A stretch of 63,835 bases of DNA, filler included, from Octopus bimaculoides (GCF_001194135.2; 7 parts of 7 records of this genome joined end to end with filler, not necessarily neighbours in it); one strand, 5' to 3'; positions 39,121-52,603 are shown, counted from the whole stretch's first letter. Notes: a model not told the origin generated them from the sequence alone. A program made the numbers and translations.

Positions 39121-39649
39121 TTCACTAAGGGCATTTACAACCATCTTTCTTTAATCACTTTCTGGTGAGAATGTAGTCAGTCTGATTTGTGTTCCCACCA
39201 AGCTCACAGGTGATCAGGTGGCTGGTTTCCTGAAGCTAGTGTTGCAAATCATTGTCATTTGCATGACAGAGCACTAAAAGCCATGTTACTCCGCTATCTC
39301 ATTTTGAAAACCAAATCCATAGCCAGAATGCTGTCCAACATGTCCAACAAAGTTACCAGTTACAAAGTTAAGACCACTGTCATTCGCCATCAAGGTAGTC
39401 TGTTAGAAGATGTCATAAAAATGATTTACAAATCTTTAAATTCATTGACCTTATATATATTAAATTTTTTCAAGTGGCATCTCATTTACATTAACAATTA
39501 TCATTGCGATGATCTATATTAACAATAATTTTGTTTTTAATTATCGTAAGGTAAAAAAGTTTTAAAGTTCGGTGAATTGGAAGGATCATAATAATATCAA
39601 AGAGAATGTCTTACAGTAATTGTTCCAGAACTTAACTTTCTCAGTTAAA

Positions 39650-40260
39650 ATCTTACCGAAGTCAACTCTTGTGTTACGTCCTTTCGGGGTCGAAAACATA
39701 ATGTACTCGTTAAGTACTATTATCGATCTAATCGATCAAACCGCTCCTCTTTCTGAATTTTTGTAAGAAACAATTGTCTGTCACAAAAAATAAAACACTG
39801 GAAACTTTCAAACAAAATATATTCTTTTCTACTCTAGGCACAATGCCCGAAATTTTAGGGGAGGGGGCTAGTCGATTAGATCGACCCCATTACGCAACTG
39901 GTACTTAATTTATCGACCCCGAAAGGATGAAAGACAAAGTCGACCTCGGCGGAATTTGAACTCAGAACGTAAAGTCAGACGAAATACCGCTAAGTATTTC
40001 GCACGTCGTACTAACGTTCCTGCCAGCTCTCTGCCTTTCAAACAAAATATATTAGTTGTACTTCATTATGTCTCTGTTCTTTATATAAGTATTGCTTATT
40101 ATTTAGACATACTTCTTCTGAGTTCAAATTCTGCCAAGGTCGATTTTACCTTTTTCGGGGATCAATAAAATAAGCGCCAGATGAGAACTAAGGTTTACGA
40201 ATTCGAATATCTCACACCCACAACATTTCAGGTCTTGTGCCTACAATATAAAGAATTATA
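39650..40260. mobile_element. Cluster of three family B SINE fragments in +/-/+ orientation
   Basis: 39650-39780 (+), 39828-40040 (-), 40100-40260 (+). Confidence 0.75.
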
Positions 40261-40770
40261 GATACATAAAAGACGTGTATATGTGTGTGTGTGTGTGTGT
40301 GTGTATGTGGGCCTAGGTGTACTCACACAGGTATGTGTGTGCGCATGCGTACGTACGTATGAATGTATGTGTGTATTAAGCGTGCTATAATTTTGGGGAG
40401 TTGTAAGAGCATAGTTCTATATTTGTATGTGCTTTCTTTTCCATTCTTTATGAATATCTAAAAGTCATTTGTGAGCAAAAATCTGAAAATGTGCATTATC
40501 TCTATACATATTTATCGATAGCAAAATGACATATTATAAGGCTAACAATGAACAGGACCATTTCTTATATTCATACATAAAAAGAAATAAAGTGAAATAA
40601 TGCTTTTGACCTTTCTGTTAGTATGATGATTTCTAGAAAAATCATAAAAATAAGAGGAGAATGTTAAAAACAAATTCACAAAAACTAGAAAGGCAGAGAT
40701 ATTTTGCTTCCCACGTACACACACAAACACACACATACACACACACAACACACAAACACGCATACACACA

Positions 40771-40811
<41 letters not shown>

Positions 40812-40831
40812 CATACGTACACATAACATAC

Positions 40832-40865
<34 letters not shown>

Positions 40866-41774
40866 NNNNNNNNNNNNNNNNNNNNNNNNNNNNNNNNNNN
40901 NNNNNNNNNNNNNNNNNNNNNNNNNNNNNNNNNNNNNNNNNNNNNNNNNNNNNNNNNNNNNNNNNNNNNNNNNNNNNNNNNNNNNNNNNNNNNNNNNNNN
41001 NNNNNNNNNNNNNNNNNNNNNNNNNNNNNNNNNNNNNNNNNNNNNNNNNNNNNNNNNNNNNNNNNNNNNNNNNNNNNNNNNNNNNNNNNNNNNNNNNNNN
41101 NNNNNNNNNNNNNNNNNNNNNNNNNNNNNNNNNNNNNNNNNNNNNNNNNNNNNNNNNNNNNNNNNNNNNNNNNNNNNNNNNNTATATATATTTGTATGTA
41201 TGTATGTATGTATATGTATATACATATATATACATATCTATGTGTATGTAACACTTGTATATACACACGCCGACATCTGTGTTTGTGTGTGGTAGTTTGT
41301 TTATGCACATATCATGCATAGAGGTTTTGGGCGAAGCAGGGATTGTTATAAAAACAAAACAGAACAAATTACCTCTAATGGACATTCCTGGCTGAGAGAA
41401 TGCGCTAAAATGTTGACTGTGCGTAAGATACTAAGCATCACAGTTTGATAAACAGATTAGTAGATAAAGAGATAAATATAAATAGAGAACCAAGCAGAAA
41501 ATTTACAAAATTATAACAACGATACTAAAAGACAAATACATGAATCGGAATTATAATATAAAGTTATATTTAATTTTTTTTTTTTTGTTTTTAATCATAG
41601 CAATAGAAAGAAATGCCAGAATAATTTCGGTCAATCTCTGCACGTAAGAAAAAAAAATTATTTCACAAATTTCAGGGTGTAATGAGTTTTTGCTTTATGT
41701 TGAGTAGAGCGAAGTCAAAGCGGGACATGGCACAAGGAATATTTCTTGTATATTAATTCTTGTTGCTTGTTGTA

Positions 41775-42225
41775 AGGCGGTAAACCAGCAGAATTGTTAC
41801 CACGCCAGGCAAAATGCTTAGCAGTATTTCGTCTGTCTTTACGTTCTGAGTTCAAATTCTACCGAGGTTGACTTTGCCTTTCATCTTATCGGGGTCGATG
41901 AATTAAGGACCAAGGAAACTTTGGTGTCGATGTAATCGACTTATCACATTCCCTGAAATTGCTGGCCTTGTGCAAGCATTTGAAATCGGTATTTGCTTCT
42001 TGTAGTAAGGCGGCGAACCAGGAAGATCGTTAGCACGCCGGACAAAATGCTTAGCAGCATTTCATATGTCTTTTCGTTCTGAGTTCAAATTCCGCCGAGG
42101 TCGACTTACACTTTCACTCTTTCGAGGTCAATAAAATACGTACCAATTGAGTACTGAGATCGATGTAATCGACTTAACCACGTCCCACGATTTTGTTAAC
42201 CATGTTCCAAAATTTGTAAACAATA
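41775..42225 (+). mobile_element. Tandem pair of family B SINEs
   Basis: Two head-to-tail copies, 41775-41990 and 42005-42225; a similar pair at 57575-57930. Confidence 0.85.
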
Positions 42226-42914
42226 TTTCTTCCTATTCTCACAAGCTGATGTGTGCGTGTATGTACGTATGTAAGTCGGGGTATAGTGCACAGTTTCATG
42301 CAACTAGAGCATCATGAAACGAACTAAGCCATAGATTAATAGTTCAAAGGTTTGCAGGCTTTGTACAGCTGAAAGATGAAGGTAGCAAACCCTTAAGTAG
42401 TGTGCGCCTCTACATTTCTGGCATTTTGGTCTCGATACCTTCAATATGATATTAATCTGTTTTCCATTCCGGAAACAAATATAGTCAGCAAATATAGTCC
42501 TCGGTAAATATGAAAGTGTTTTGAACAGTAGTACGTCGAAGTTCTTCATCATCTGTGGCATGGACGCTCCACTATGGTGTTGACACAGCAGTATAGTGCC
42601 ACATATATCTTGGAGGCTTTTTGTTGCCTGAGTATTTGCACGTTTCGAAACTTCTTAGTGACACTCTTGATGCTTGCTTTTTATTTCTCCACTTTCAATA
42701 GCTCTCCTACTAAGTATATGGAACTTCTCATTATAATATTTCCATGTATTTTTCCCAGTACTCAGCATTCAACTGCCTAAGATGATCTTTTCGGTACCTG
42801 TGTGATCAATCCGCTTTTGGAGAGAGGTTTCTGCTTATTGTTTTTCATCTTGTTAGTGCTGATATTATTTACGTAGTTGAGTCGATAGTGGTATAGAAAC
42901 TAATGATTTTGTTG

Positions 42915-42964
<50 letters not shown>

Positions 42965-42993
42965 CAGATAGACAGACAGACAGACAGATAAAT

Positions 42994-43028
<35 letters not shown>

Positions 43029-43845
43029 TAAATAGATAAGCGAAAGGTATGCATATATCCATTTTAGATGTGTGTACATGTTAGTGCATATGTATGTAAC
43101 TGTGTGTATGTGCAAAAGCGCATGCGTATGCTTGTGTGCATGTGATTGGATAGAATTTTTACGAGTGACAGTGTTAAGTATATAAATGACTCGTTAAATA
43201 TTTATGTTGTTGTAAGTAACTTTCCAAATCTTCTTTATTATTCTGAATAGTATAGATTATAAATTTTGTGTAGGCAGTAGATAAGAAGACATCAACGCTA
43301 GTGTATTAATTATGTTTGGGTTGGGAGTATTTGTTTAGCTTATTTAGTGTGTCTCACACAAATCTATCGATTTGTTCACTGTATTATACTTGTGATAAAA
43401 AAAACAAAATCATGTTTATGTAAAACTGTCTAAATGAAAATGATTAAAAAATAAGATTGCGTCGTGGAAGAGTCATGATAGCCATTTAAAACATACATTT
43501 ATCGCCATATTCATTGTTTATTTTGTAACACAATTATATACCGCTAAATATCAACAAATTTCATCGTACATCTGCCATCAGTCCACAGTATCTAATACAG
43601 TGATATAGAGCGTTAATGACCCAGGAGTATATTTAAGGTAGAGTATTTTCACCATTAATATATACTTTTACAAAATAAAACAATGGAGGACTATAACTGT
43701 ATTGCCATTTTTTTGTTTTGTTTTTTCTTTGCTTGTTTCTCATTCTTCTTTCTGTTGAAACTTTTTGCGGTGGAAGCACTAATTCGTTTACTAGTAGCTT
43801 CCAAAAGAATTCATTCAAAATAGAGGGAGATTCTTAACCACACAG

Positions 43846-44130
43846 TCATGGTTGTATGGTTAAGAAGCTCACATTGTATCTATGTGGAATGGGGTTAACT
43901 TCCACTGCCCAAGGGTTTGTACAATTGTCTTATGCTTCAGGTCGGGATCGAGCCTTGTGAGTGAATTTGGTAGACAGAAACTGTGTGGAGGCCTTATCGT
44001 AATTACGCACACACGCACGCACACACACATATATATACACACACATCTATATGTGTCTTTGTGTTCGTGTTTGTCAGCCTACTACCACTACTTGAAAACT
44101 GGTGTTGGTTTGTTTAAGTCCTCGTAACTG
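43846..44130 (+). mobile_element. SINE family A
   Basis: catggttgtatggttaagaagctc...gtgaatttggtagacagaaactg. Confidence 0.8.
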
Positions 44131-44286
44131 ATTATATGCACGCCTGTGTAAATATATATTTGCATACATATGTGTGTATATATATANNNNNNNNNNNNNN
44201 NNNNNNNNNNNNNNNNNNNNNNNNNNNNNNTTAATTAATTAANNNNNNNNNNNNNNNNNNNNNNNNNNNNNNNNNNNNNNNNNNNN

Positions 44287-44619
44287 AATATGACTTGGAT
44301 AATTATCATTGTAGCAGCAGCTGTAATACTGTCTGTGGCTATTGTAGTGTCCATAACACTGTGTGTTTTCAGATGTATTAATCACTTCAATAATTCATCT
44401 GCAGAAAAAAATAATCCAAAATTTCTATCGAGGACTGAAATGAGACAAATCCTGTATCAGACTAACAATCCTGTTGCAATAACTCGGAATGCAGAAGAGA
44501 TATTTAGCAGAAATCTTCAGTCAATAAACCCCAAAAGTCCATATTATCCAGAGATGGAACAATCAGCCAATGAATGGAAATTCTCAACAACACCCAGGAG
44601 ACTTCCACCAGTTCCACAG
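44287..44619 (+). CDS. Uncharacterised single-pass membrane protein, first visible exon (5' end at an assembly gap)
   Basis: (N)MTWIIIIVAAAVILSVAIVVSITLCVFRC... TM helix, then a tail ending PRRLPPVPQ; donor CAG|gtatct at 44619/44620, phase 0. Confidence 0.75.
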
Positions 44620-45822
44620 GTATCTAGGCAACAAATCTATCTTTCAAGTGTTGTTTAATGCTTTTGTTTTTAATAATATTTATTCACTTCATTATTCCTT
44701 ATATCGCCATATCAGCATATAATTTAATACAAGCTGTAGAGTGGACTTCAAATGTTTTTCTTATCCTACTTCCTCAGAGGTTTATAAATTTCAGAAAATT
44801 ATTTGCTATAGCCATCATTCTGGAAACCTTAATGTTCAGAAGAATAAGTTAGTTTCTGGTTTGGCCAATAACACCACCTAAAAATTCTTTACTGTTTTTA
44901 ATCCTGATATTTGTAAGCATGGGAATTACCCTGGAACTTTTATGGATTCTTATTAGAGTAAGCACCTGATTTAGCTATTATTTGGTTCCATATGTTTTGA
45001 CATTAAAGCTGCTATTAGTCACCAGGCAATATAACAATGAAAGGTAATGTCTTTAAGTAAAAATAAGTTTATATGCTCTGGATAGCATTAAAACCACTTG
45101 GATATTCTACACTCATCCAGAAATTAGTTTTAGGGTTCCTATTGCGTTTAAATTTCCATATTTTCATGGCTACTCAGATCTTCAAATGCTGTGTTGTGAT
45201 CTGTGTGTTGTATTCTTGTTATATTTGCATGTAATCTGGATACAATGAGCTGGATAATGGATAATTATACAGAATCATTATATTTATGGATCTCTGCTAA
45301 ATATTTTACTCAGTTTACATTGCAAAACATAATTTTCATATGTACTACTCATTGTAGTACTAACTGATTCTTGAATCACTTCTCTCCAAAAGATACACTA
45401 ACTGTGAAATGCCATTTTAAGTGGTTAATCAACCAGTCTCATAAAGATCTACCAGAAGCATTTTTAATATAAATATATGATCTGTTATACATTTAACAAT
45501 TTTACTATCTCAAATGGTTTTACGTATTGCGTTTTTGTAGAAGTACAAAATTTAAAACATCAAACTCACACACTCACATACAAACCTCACTCACCCTCTT
45601 CCAACTCAAGAAGGACATGATATAGGCTAAACAACTAACTAACTCTACTTAATCTTGTCTAACCAACACAATACACAGCACAACAATACTTGAACTAATT
45701 CTAAGTACTTCAGAAATATACTGTAATGAAAACTGTAATCTCATATGAAATCATCATAAACTCATAATAGTGTACACTAACTGTCAAATGTTTAATCTAA
45801 AGCTTTGTTATTTCAATGACAG

Positions 45823-45970
45823 ATCTACAATAAACAGATTTCAGATGAGTCTTGTGAGCAAGGTGACAACAGTGGCATTGTGACATCAAACAACTTAAGT
45901 GATACATTACCATCTCAAAGAGATCACTGCCGTGGATGGAGTGAAGGAGATATTAAAAATCATATATCAG
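45823..45970 (+). CDS. Uncharacterised membrane protein, middle exon
   Basis: Acceptor ttatttcaatgacag|ATC; open frame IYNKQISDESCEQGDNSGIVTSNNLSDTLPSQRDHCRGWSEGDIKNHIS; donor CAG|gtaact, phase 1. Confidence 0.75.
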
Positions 45971-46389
45971 GTAACTTGTCAAATAACAAATGCTGACACT
46001 TACTTCCCATAAGTGCATGGATATATTTATAACACTGACTTTTTAATATCATATAAAAGATTTTAACAGTATAAATGAATGGATATCTTTCAATGATTAT
46101 CTGCAACAATAAACACTGATTCCATATAAGCTCACAGCAGCAATTGTATCATATTTTATAACCTCAAATCCCTTTATTGTAATGTAAAAAGGTTTATAGG
46201 TTTATATAAGATACTCAAAGAGTAAACTATTTAAAAGAATGTGCTTTAATGTAAGCAGCTAAATCTTGCATAATATAATATAAAAACTAATATAATAATG
46301 TTGGATTAATTTAATAAAAGGCATTGGGATAATATAAGGTAGCTATCCCTTTCAACACTTATTAAAAAATAATGTTTTTTATCTTTCAG

Positions 46390-46478
46390 AATACAGTAAC
46401 TACACACCAAACATACCTCCAATACTAAAAGATGAACATGAACAAGACACATATCTAGAACCAATATATAAGAAATAG
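46390..46478 (+). CDS. Uncharacterised membrane protein, last exon
   Basis: Acceptor tttttatctttcag|AA completes phase 1; EYSNYTPNIPPILKDEHEQDTYLEPIYKK*; AATAAA at ~46549. Confidence 0.75.
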
Positions 46479-48452
46479 TAAACTCAAAATAAGCACAATT
46501 CTAATTCTTTGCTTTGGAGATTTTTAAAATTTCCTTGCATTTAATATTAATAAAGCAACAGAATCAAAACATTGCTTCTGCTTTAAAATAAAGTAAAATT
46601 AATTTGAAAATACAGAATAATGTAATATCAACTAATATAGCTACATTTATACATTAAGAATATGCATTTGTAAATATTTTCCTTCAAACTGTAACTTAAG
46701 AACAAACAAATTAGTTCATTCAAATTCATAAATATCATAATTTAATTTGGACATACACTAAGCCAAAATATTCAAAAGATAGGGTAAAATATTCTGAATT
46801 TCCTCTAGTATATTAATAGTACAGTTTGTATTTACCCTGCAAAAAAAGAAATGCTGTCAGAAAATATTAAAATATAAAAACAAAAGTACAAGAAAACATT
46901 TACTCCAAAATTCTACAATTTCTACAACTACTTATACTATTCACTAATAATATACTATTACAGGTTAATGAATAAACAGTAAAATGGCCCAAAAATTACA
47001 AAATGTCTATAATTTTTATGTAATTAAAATAATCATTCTACAGTTTAATCCATCACAATATGTACCATTAAATTACCATTGAAATGAGAAATTGATATTT
47101 TACTTATTGCAATACACAATGTGCAAACATGAGCATACAAATTAGGGTGTCATAAGCATACATATACAAATAGAATGTAATACGTGTGTGTATGTGTGTG
47201 TGTGTGTATGCGTGTGTGAGTGTGCATGTGTGTGTGCATATGTACATATTCATGTACTTTAAAATAAATTAGAGTTATTGTAAAATTAACTATTAAATAT
47301 TTCAACCATTGTTTAAAATAATTTGAACAAATTCATTATGCACCAAACATAGATTCTTTAAAGAGTAGTTGGCTCCCTATTTAGCTCACAAACCTACACC
47401 ATCTGGATACTGCAATTGTCACACTACTACAGCAGCAGTTACACTGGAACACTACACAATAATGTCTTCTCTAAGAGGCCCAAACAAAGGATTTCTCAAT
47501 AACAGTAAGTCATTTTGCAATTTTACATTAAATATTTTAGTAATACATATTTAAATATTGAGATATGATGTGAAAAATTAAAAATAAATAATAGTGTGTG
47601 TTTCATGGTAATATATATGAACTACACAACAGAGTGCCATAGACAGGTCTAGCCATTACTAAAAGTAATTACTACAGCAGTAGTGTCGTTTCTATGAGAA
47701 GTTAGATATTTTATCAACAACTATTATGTTAATACTCATCTCTGTCAGCCAATTGTATTTAATTAAATATTTTCATATATACTGCCACATTTCTTAATAT
47801 GATTTAATGATATAATATTGTTATAATTGAAAATATTGAATGGATCCTTGCATCATCTTATTTCTCTCCACTGAAATGGAGTGCTAGATATCGATGTATT
47901 AGACCATATAAGGTTTTCTAGTATATAATTCATATTTTGGGATATATAAATAATGAAATACTGCATATCACTGCCAATATATTGTTAAAACACCCTCACT
48001 TTATTTACCATAGATATACCTATAATAAATTTAAAATTTTAAATATTTCCTTGATATTTATTATATATTTATATTATGTTATATTTTTAGATCTTTTCAT
48101 TTTGGTCATATGCAAATTCAAGTTTTCTAGTTTTCCAACTTTGGTTAAATGAAACCGTCATTTGTAACAGGCATTTCTTATTTTATTCACATTTTTATGA
48201 AGTAATTGTGAATTGCAAGTATGTATACATGTATACACACACGCATACATACATATATGTAATAATTGTTTGGCTATACTAGTTATACATTCCAAAAGAG
48301 CATTAATAATGAACTAGTATTATTATATTCTTGTACCACTACTACCACTTAACCTCAAGTGAATTTGATTTGGAAACACAAACCTACACATTGTCAAACA
48401 TCTGGATTGTATTTTTGATATTTGTAAAAATTCTACCAAACCCAGACACATT

Positions 48453-48887
48453 ATTATCATCATCATCCAGTGTTTTAAATCTGGGTTTTGTCCCTGTTAA
48501 TGGGGGTGGTCAGATCCACCTCAATGCCCTAGCAACCACCTTGCCATCTTGCCCAGTTTTAGGCGTCCTCCTTTCTCAAGCCAACCCTCCCAATCTCCTC
48601 CTCTATCTGTCCCCTCTGCATTTTCCTCAGTCTACCTCACTTTTGCGGTCCATTTACCTCAAACACAAGCATCTGTCTCAAAACATGCTCCTCATCCCTC
48701 CTTAATACAGGCCCATACCACTGCACTCCATTCGCCCTTGCCAGCCATTTCACCGATTCCTCCAACCCCAGCATCCCCATCAAGTCCTCAGTCCTCTTCT
48801 TTTCAAACAGCTTCACACCACACATTTCTCTCACTATTGCTCTCTCAGTCCTTCTCAAAATTGCCATCTTTCTCCCTCAGACACCAT
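48453..48887 (-). mobile_element. RTE LINE 3' end
   Basis: LRRTERAIVREMCGVKL...NGVQWYGPVLRRDEEHVLR, then 3' UTR and a (GAT)n tail. Confidence 0.88.
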
Positions 48888-49378
48888 NNNNNNNNNNNNN
48901 NNNNNNNNNNNNNNNNNNNNNNNNNNNNNNNNNNNNNNNNNNNNNNNNNNNNNNNNNNNNNNNNNNNNNNNNNNNNNNNNNNNNNNNNNNNNNNNNNNNN
49001 NNNNNNNNNNNNNNNNNNNNNNNNNNNNNNNNNNNNNNNNNNNNNNNNNNNNNNNNNNNNNNNNNNNNNNNNNNNNNNNNNNNNNNNNNNNNNNNNNNNN
49101 NNNNNNNNNNNNNNNNNNNNNNNNNNNNNNNNNNNNNNNNNNNNNNNNNNNNNNNNNNNNNNNNNNNNNNNNNNNNNNNNNNNNNNNNNNNNNNNNNNNN
49201 NNNNNNNNNNNNNNNNNNNNNNNNNNNNNNNNNNNNNNNNNNNNNNNNNNNNNNNNNNNNNNNNNNNNNNNNNNNNNNNNNNNNNNNNNNNNNNNNNNNN
49301 NNNNNNNNNNNNNNNNNNNNNNNNNNNNNNNNNNNNNNNNNNNNNNNNNNNNNNNNNNNNNNNNNNNNNNNNNNNNNN

Positions 49379-49650
49379 TAGTGCTCCAATTATTATTGGT
49401 AGGAATATGAATTCATAGTTTGGATATAAAAGCTGGAGCTTTTGAAGAAGTTATCTATACATATCCCCTTTTTCTTTGATTTTCAAAGAGATATTTATAT
49501 CTGCTGGGCAGCTGACCTCTGTGATGGTAGATATATTTGCTCCTCTGTCCCAAACAACATCCAGTCTGCTATGTTTACATTTGACAGAAGTTTTGATGGG
49601 AATATTCCACCCGTATTCTTTGAGTTGAATTCATTTCGAGGCCTCTGAAT
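49379..49650 (-). mobile_element. R4/Dong-like non-LTR retrotransposon fragment, restriction-like endonuclease domain
   Basis: KEYGWNIPIKTSVKCKHSRLDVVWDRGANISTITEVSCPADINISLKIKEKGDMYR*LLQKLQLLYPNYEFIFLPIIIGAL matches the RPD..IE.SCP..EK..KY..P..IGALG pattern. Confidence 0.8.
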
Positions 49651-51431
49651 ATTCACAGACCTAGGAAGCACATTTTCACATATTTTTTTTTTGTTTCTCA
49701 GCTAACATGGGACCATCTTCAAAATTTTATTTACGTAAGAAAAAGAAGGAAATATTCAAAATATTAGAAGGGGGGATAACTCTATTATTTTAATAGTTTT
49801 CATAGAAAATATATTGGCTACCACACAATTGAAAAGTTTCATAGATATATCTTGGAGACCAAGAGATTAACTACTGAATTTAATTTGCAACACTATATCG
49901 TCCAACAAGAATTGTAAGTGTAATAATTATACTTACTTTCAAATGGTGTAAAGCTAAGTTGAAAGAATATCCAAGAAAAGGGCGAGGACATAAATTAGTA
50001 CGTTTTTAAAATTAGCTCTGTAATTTGGTTGATATAAAAACTTTTAAATTAAACATTTTGATGAATAATCTGAGACAATGATAGATATTTGTATATTTTT
50101 TTAATCTAATGTGACTAAAAATATAGGATGATATAAAAAGGAAAAGTTCAAGTGAGCACTATATAGGAGTCAATTCAAATTGTTGAGTCATTTACTGCAT
50201 GGTACACAACCCCAGCTCCTCATCGCACACTTTCTATATCCATTTATACAATTTGGTTTAGTCTCTCAGTTCAGTTCCAGATCAATTCCTACAGTGGCTG
50301 ACATTACTTTAATTTCACCTGAGTTAATAACTTAACAACTATTTTTCATCAATTATATTACAGAAGTTACCAAACATTATGAATTAGAAAGTTTCTAATA
50401 TTTTTCATCTCTCAATTTAAACGATCTATAATATTCATATAGTTAACATTTTTATATTAGATTGTATGATTCAATTAACAAGCTCTCTTTTCTTTTTAAA
50501 TTTAGATATATTTATGAATAATAATGAATAACAACAATGGTTTCAATCAACACTTTACAGCTTTACATTTTTTATGGCTTACTGTATTCTGGTGTATCCT
50601 TAGACATTACTTACCATGTCAAGGAAGAAGACAGTCCTCACACCNNNNNNNNNNNNNNNNNNNNNNNNNNNNNNNNNNNNNNNNNNNNTTAATTAATTAA
50701 NNNNNNNNNNNNNNNNNNNNNNNNNNNNNNNNNNNNNNNNNNNNCTTTCCAATCATCATCATCATCATCATCATCATTTAACGTCCGCTTTCCATGCTAG
50801 CAGGGGTTGGAACGTGCCATCAGCAATTACTCAGGGTCAGCAGCTGGTGACCTTTTTAGTAAAACAAAAAATAAGTGAAACGCAAGCACATGACTGAGTT
50901 GGAGGCAGATTTACTTCTGCTTTTATAACATGTAAAGAAAACGGTGTTGTAGAAATGTATGCAGCAGCATGTGTGCTACAGCAGTTCTATGTGTAGCTTA
51001 AATACTGAGATTGAAAAGCAGGGGTGAATTATGCCTACCTAATCTACAAAAAAATAAAACATTTTATGCTATCAATATTTTATTCAGAGTACACACTGCC
51101 TACCTAGGCAGCACGTCCCTGGAGACATTTGTCCGAGGTTCCACACAGTGGGGATGAACCCCAAACCGCATGGTTGGGAAGAGCAAGCTTCTTACCACTC
51201 AACCTCATGGAGATCATCGACATCAGCTTTTAATGGGTTGGATGGGTTGACAAGATCCAACACATCAAGCTGCTGGACACCCATCCCCAATATCAACTTT
51301 ACAGAGTGTTTTGGGTGCCTTTTTGTGTGTGTGACTGACAAAAGTAACTTGCAAGACAAAGAAAAGGAAAAAAAACCGGGAGGAGGAGCCCCTTGACCAA
51401 GTGGGGTTGCAGAAGAGAAGGCACAACTCAC

Positions 51432-51626
51432 CTGATGCTGTAAGAATATATTCAATTGTAATAACCATTTCTTGGAGATGTTACAAGAGATTCCCTTCCT
51501 CTGATCACTATGCACACTGATGGTCCCCAGTGGGTAGTTCTCGGGTAAGGAGATCACCATCTCAATACTCACATCGTCCAGGGTATACACAGCCACAATT
51601 TCACGGCTCATTGGACGAGCACGCAC
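51432..51626 (-). CDS. LTN1: E3 ubiquitin ligase Listerin, RWD-domain exon
   Basis: VRARPMSREIVAVYTLDDVSIEMVISLPENYPLGTISVHSDQRKGISCNISKKWLLQLNIFLQHQ aligns to human [34 protein letters not shown]...WMLQLSTYLTHQ (from memory); tag|GTG acceptor, CAG|gtgag donor. Confidence 0.95.
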
Positions 51627-51733
51627 CTACAAAAGAGCCACAGTTTTCTGTTGGTAGAAGTCTTTTAATAATAGAATCACCCTCCATATCATCTGAACTC
51701 ATTCCCCCACAAACCCCCAAAAAAGCTCCTCAC

Positions 51734-51821
51734 CGTGATATTCGCCAAATTCATTTCCATACTCAGCAGATTTAAGATTTCCTTTTTGCACAGCACTGGA
51801 CTGATGAAAAGTTTGGTGAAG
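51734..51821 (-). CDS. LTN1: Listerin exon
   Basis: (N)FTKLFISPVLCKKEILNLLSMEMNLANIT, similar to FTSKYVSSVLSFQEISSV; cag|C acceptor, ACG|gtgag donor; phases consistent. Confidence 0.92.
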
Positions 51822-51974
51822 CTGGAATGTAAAGCAACAGGTACAGGGATCAAATGACAGCTGATGCCGAGTCAGAGAGAGACACACAAAAGAAGACATT
51901 CACACTAGTGACAAATGGGACACCAAAAGACAAAGACAATAAAAATAAATGAAAAAAAAATAATAAAAGGCACA

Positions 51975-52369
51975 GGAGTGGTTGTGTGGTAAGTAGCTAG
52001 CTTACCAACCACATGGTTCTGGGTTCATTCCCACTGCATGGCACCTTGGGCAAGTGTCTTCTACTATAACCTCGGACCGACCAAAGCCTTGTGAGTGGAT
52101 TTGGTAGGTGGAAATTGAAAGAAGCCCATCGTATATACGTATATATGTATGTGTGTGTATATGTTTGTGTGTCTGTCCCCCCAACATCGCTTGACAACCG
52201 ATGCTGGTGTGTTTACGTCCCCGAAACTTAGCGGTTCGGCAAAAGAGACCGATAGAATAAGTACTGGGCTTCCAAACAAGAATAAGTCCCGGGGTCGATT
52301 TGCTTGACTAAAGGCGGTGCTCCAGCATGGCTGCAGTCAAAAGACTGAAACAAGTAAAAGAGAAAAGGA
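51975..52369 (+). mobile_element. SINE family A, full length, in an LTN1 intron
   Basis: Complete head and tail; CpGs decayed to TpG/CpA. Confidence 0.9.
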
Positions 52370-52603
52370 GACGAACAAATGACATTTGGAGGAGGAAAAA
52401 GACAAGGAGGAAGAGGTTTTCAGACTTTGCAAAATTTCAAAGAGATGTTAACAATTAATATGGCGCTTGACTTTGTAGAATGTCAACTACGGCTCACGAT
52501 TGAGATATATTTTATGATCCTGAAGAACAAGGTTCAATCTTTGGACTCTCTTTTTAATTTTATGTTTGAAGAGAGAGATGAGGATGAAAGTGAAACCACT
52601 TAC

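Noticed and set aside
50605-50644. ggtgtgaggactgt...atg|gtaagt resembling LTN1 GVEDC
   Set aside because: It needs a 1-bp insertion, and the following codons do not give MICF; no frame matches the RING.
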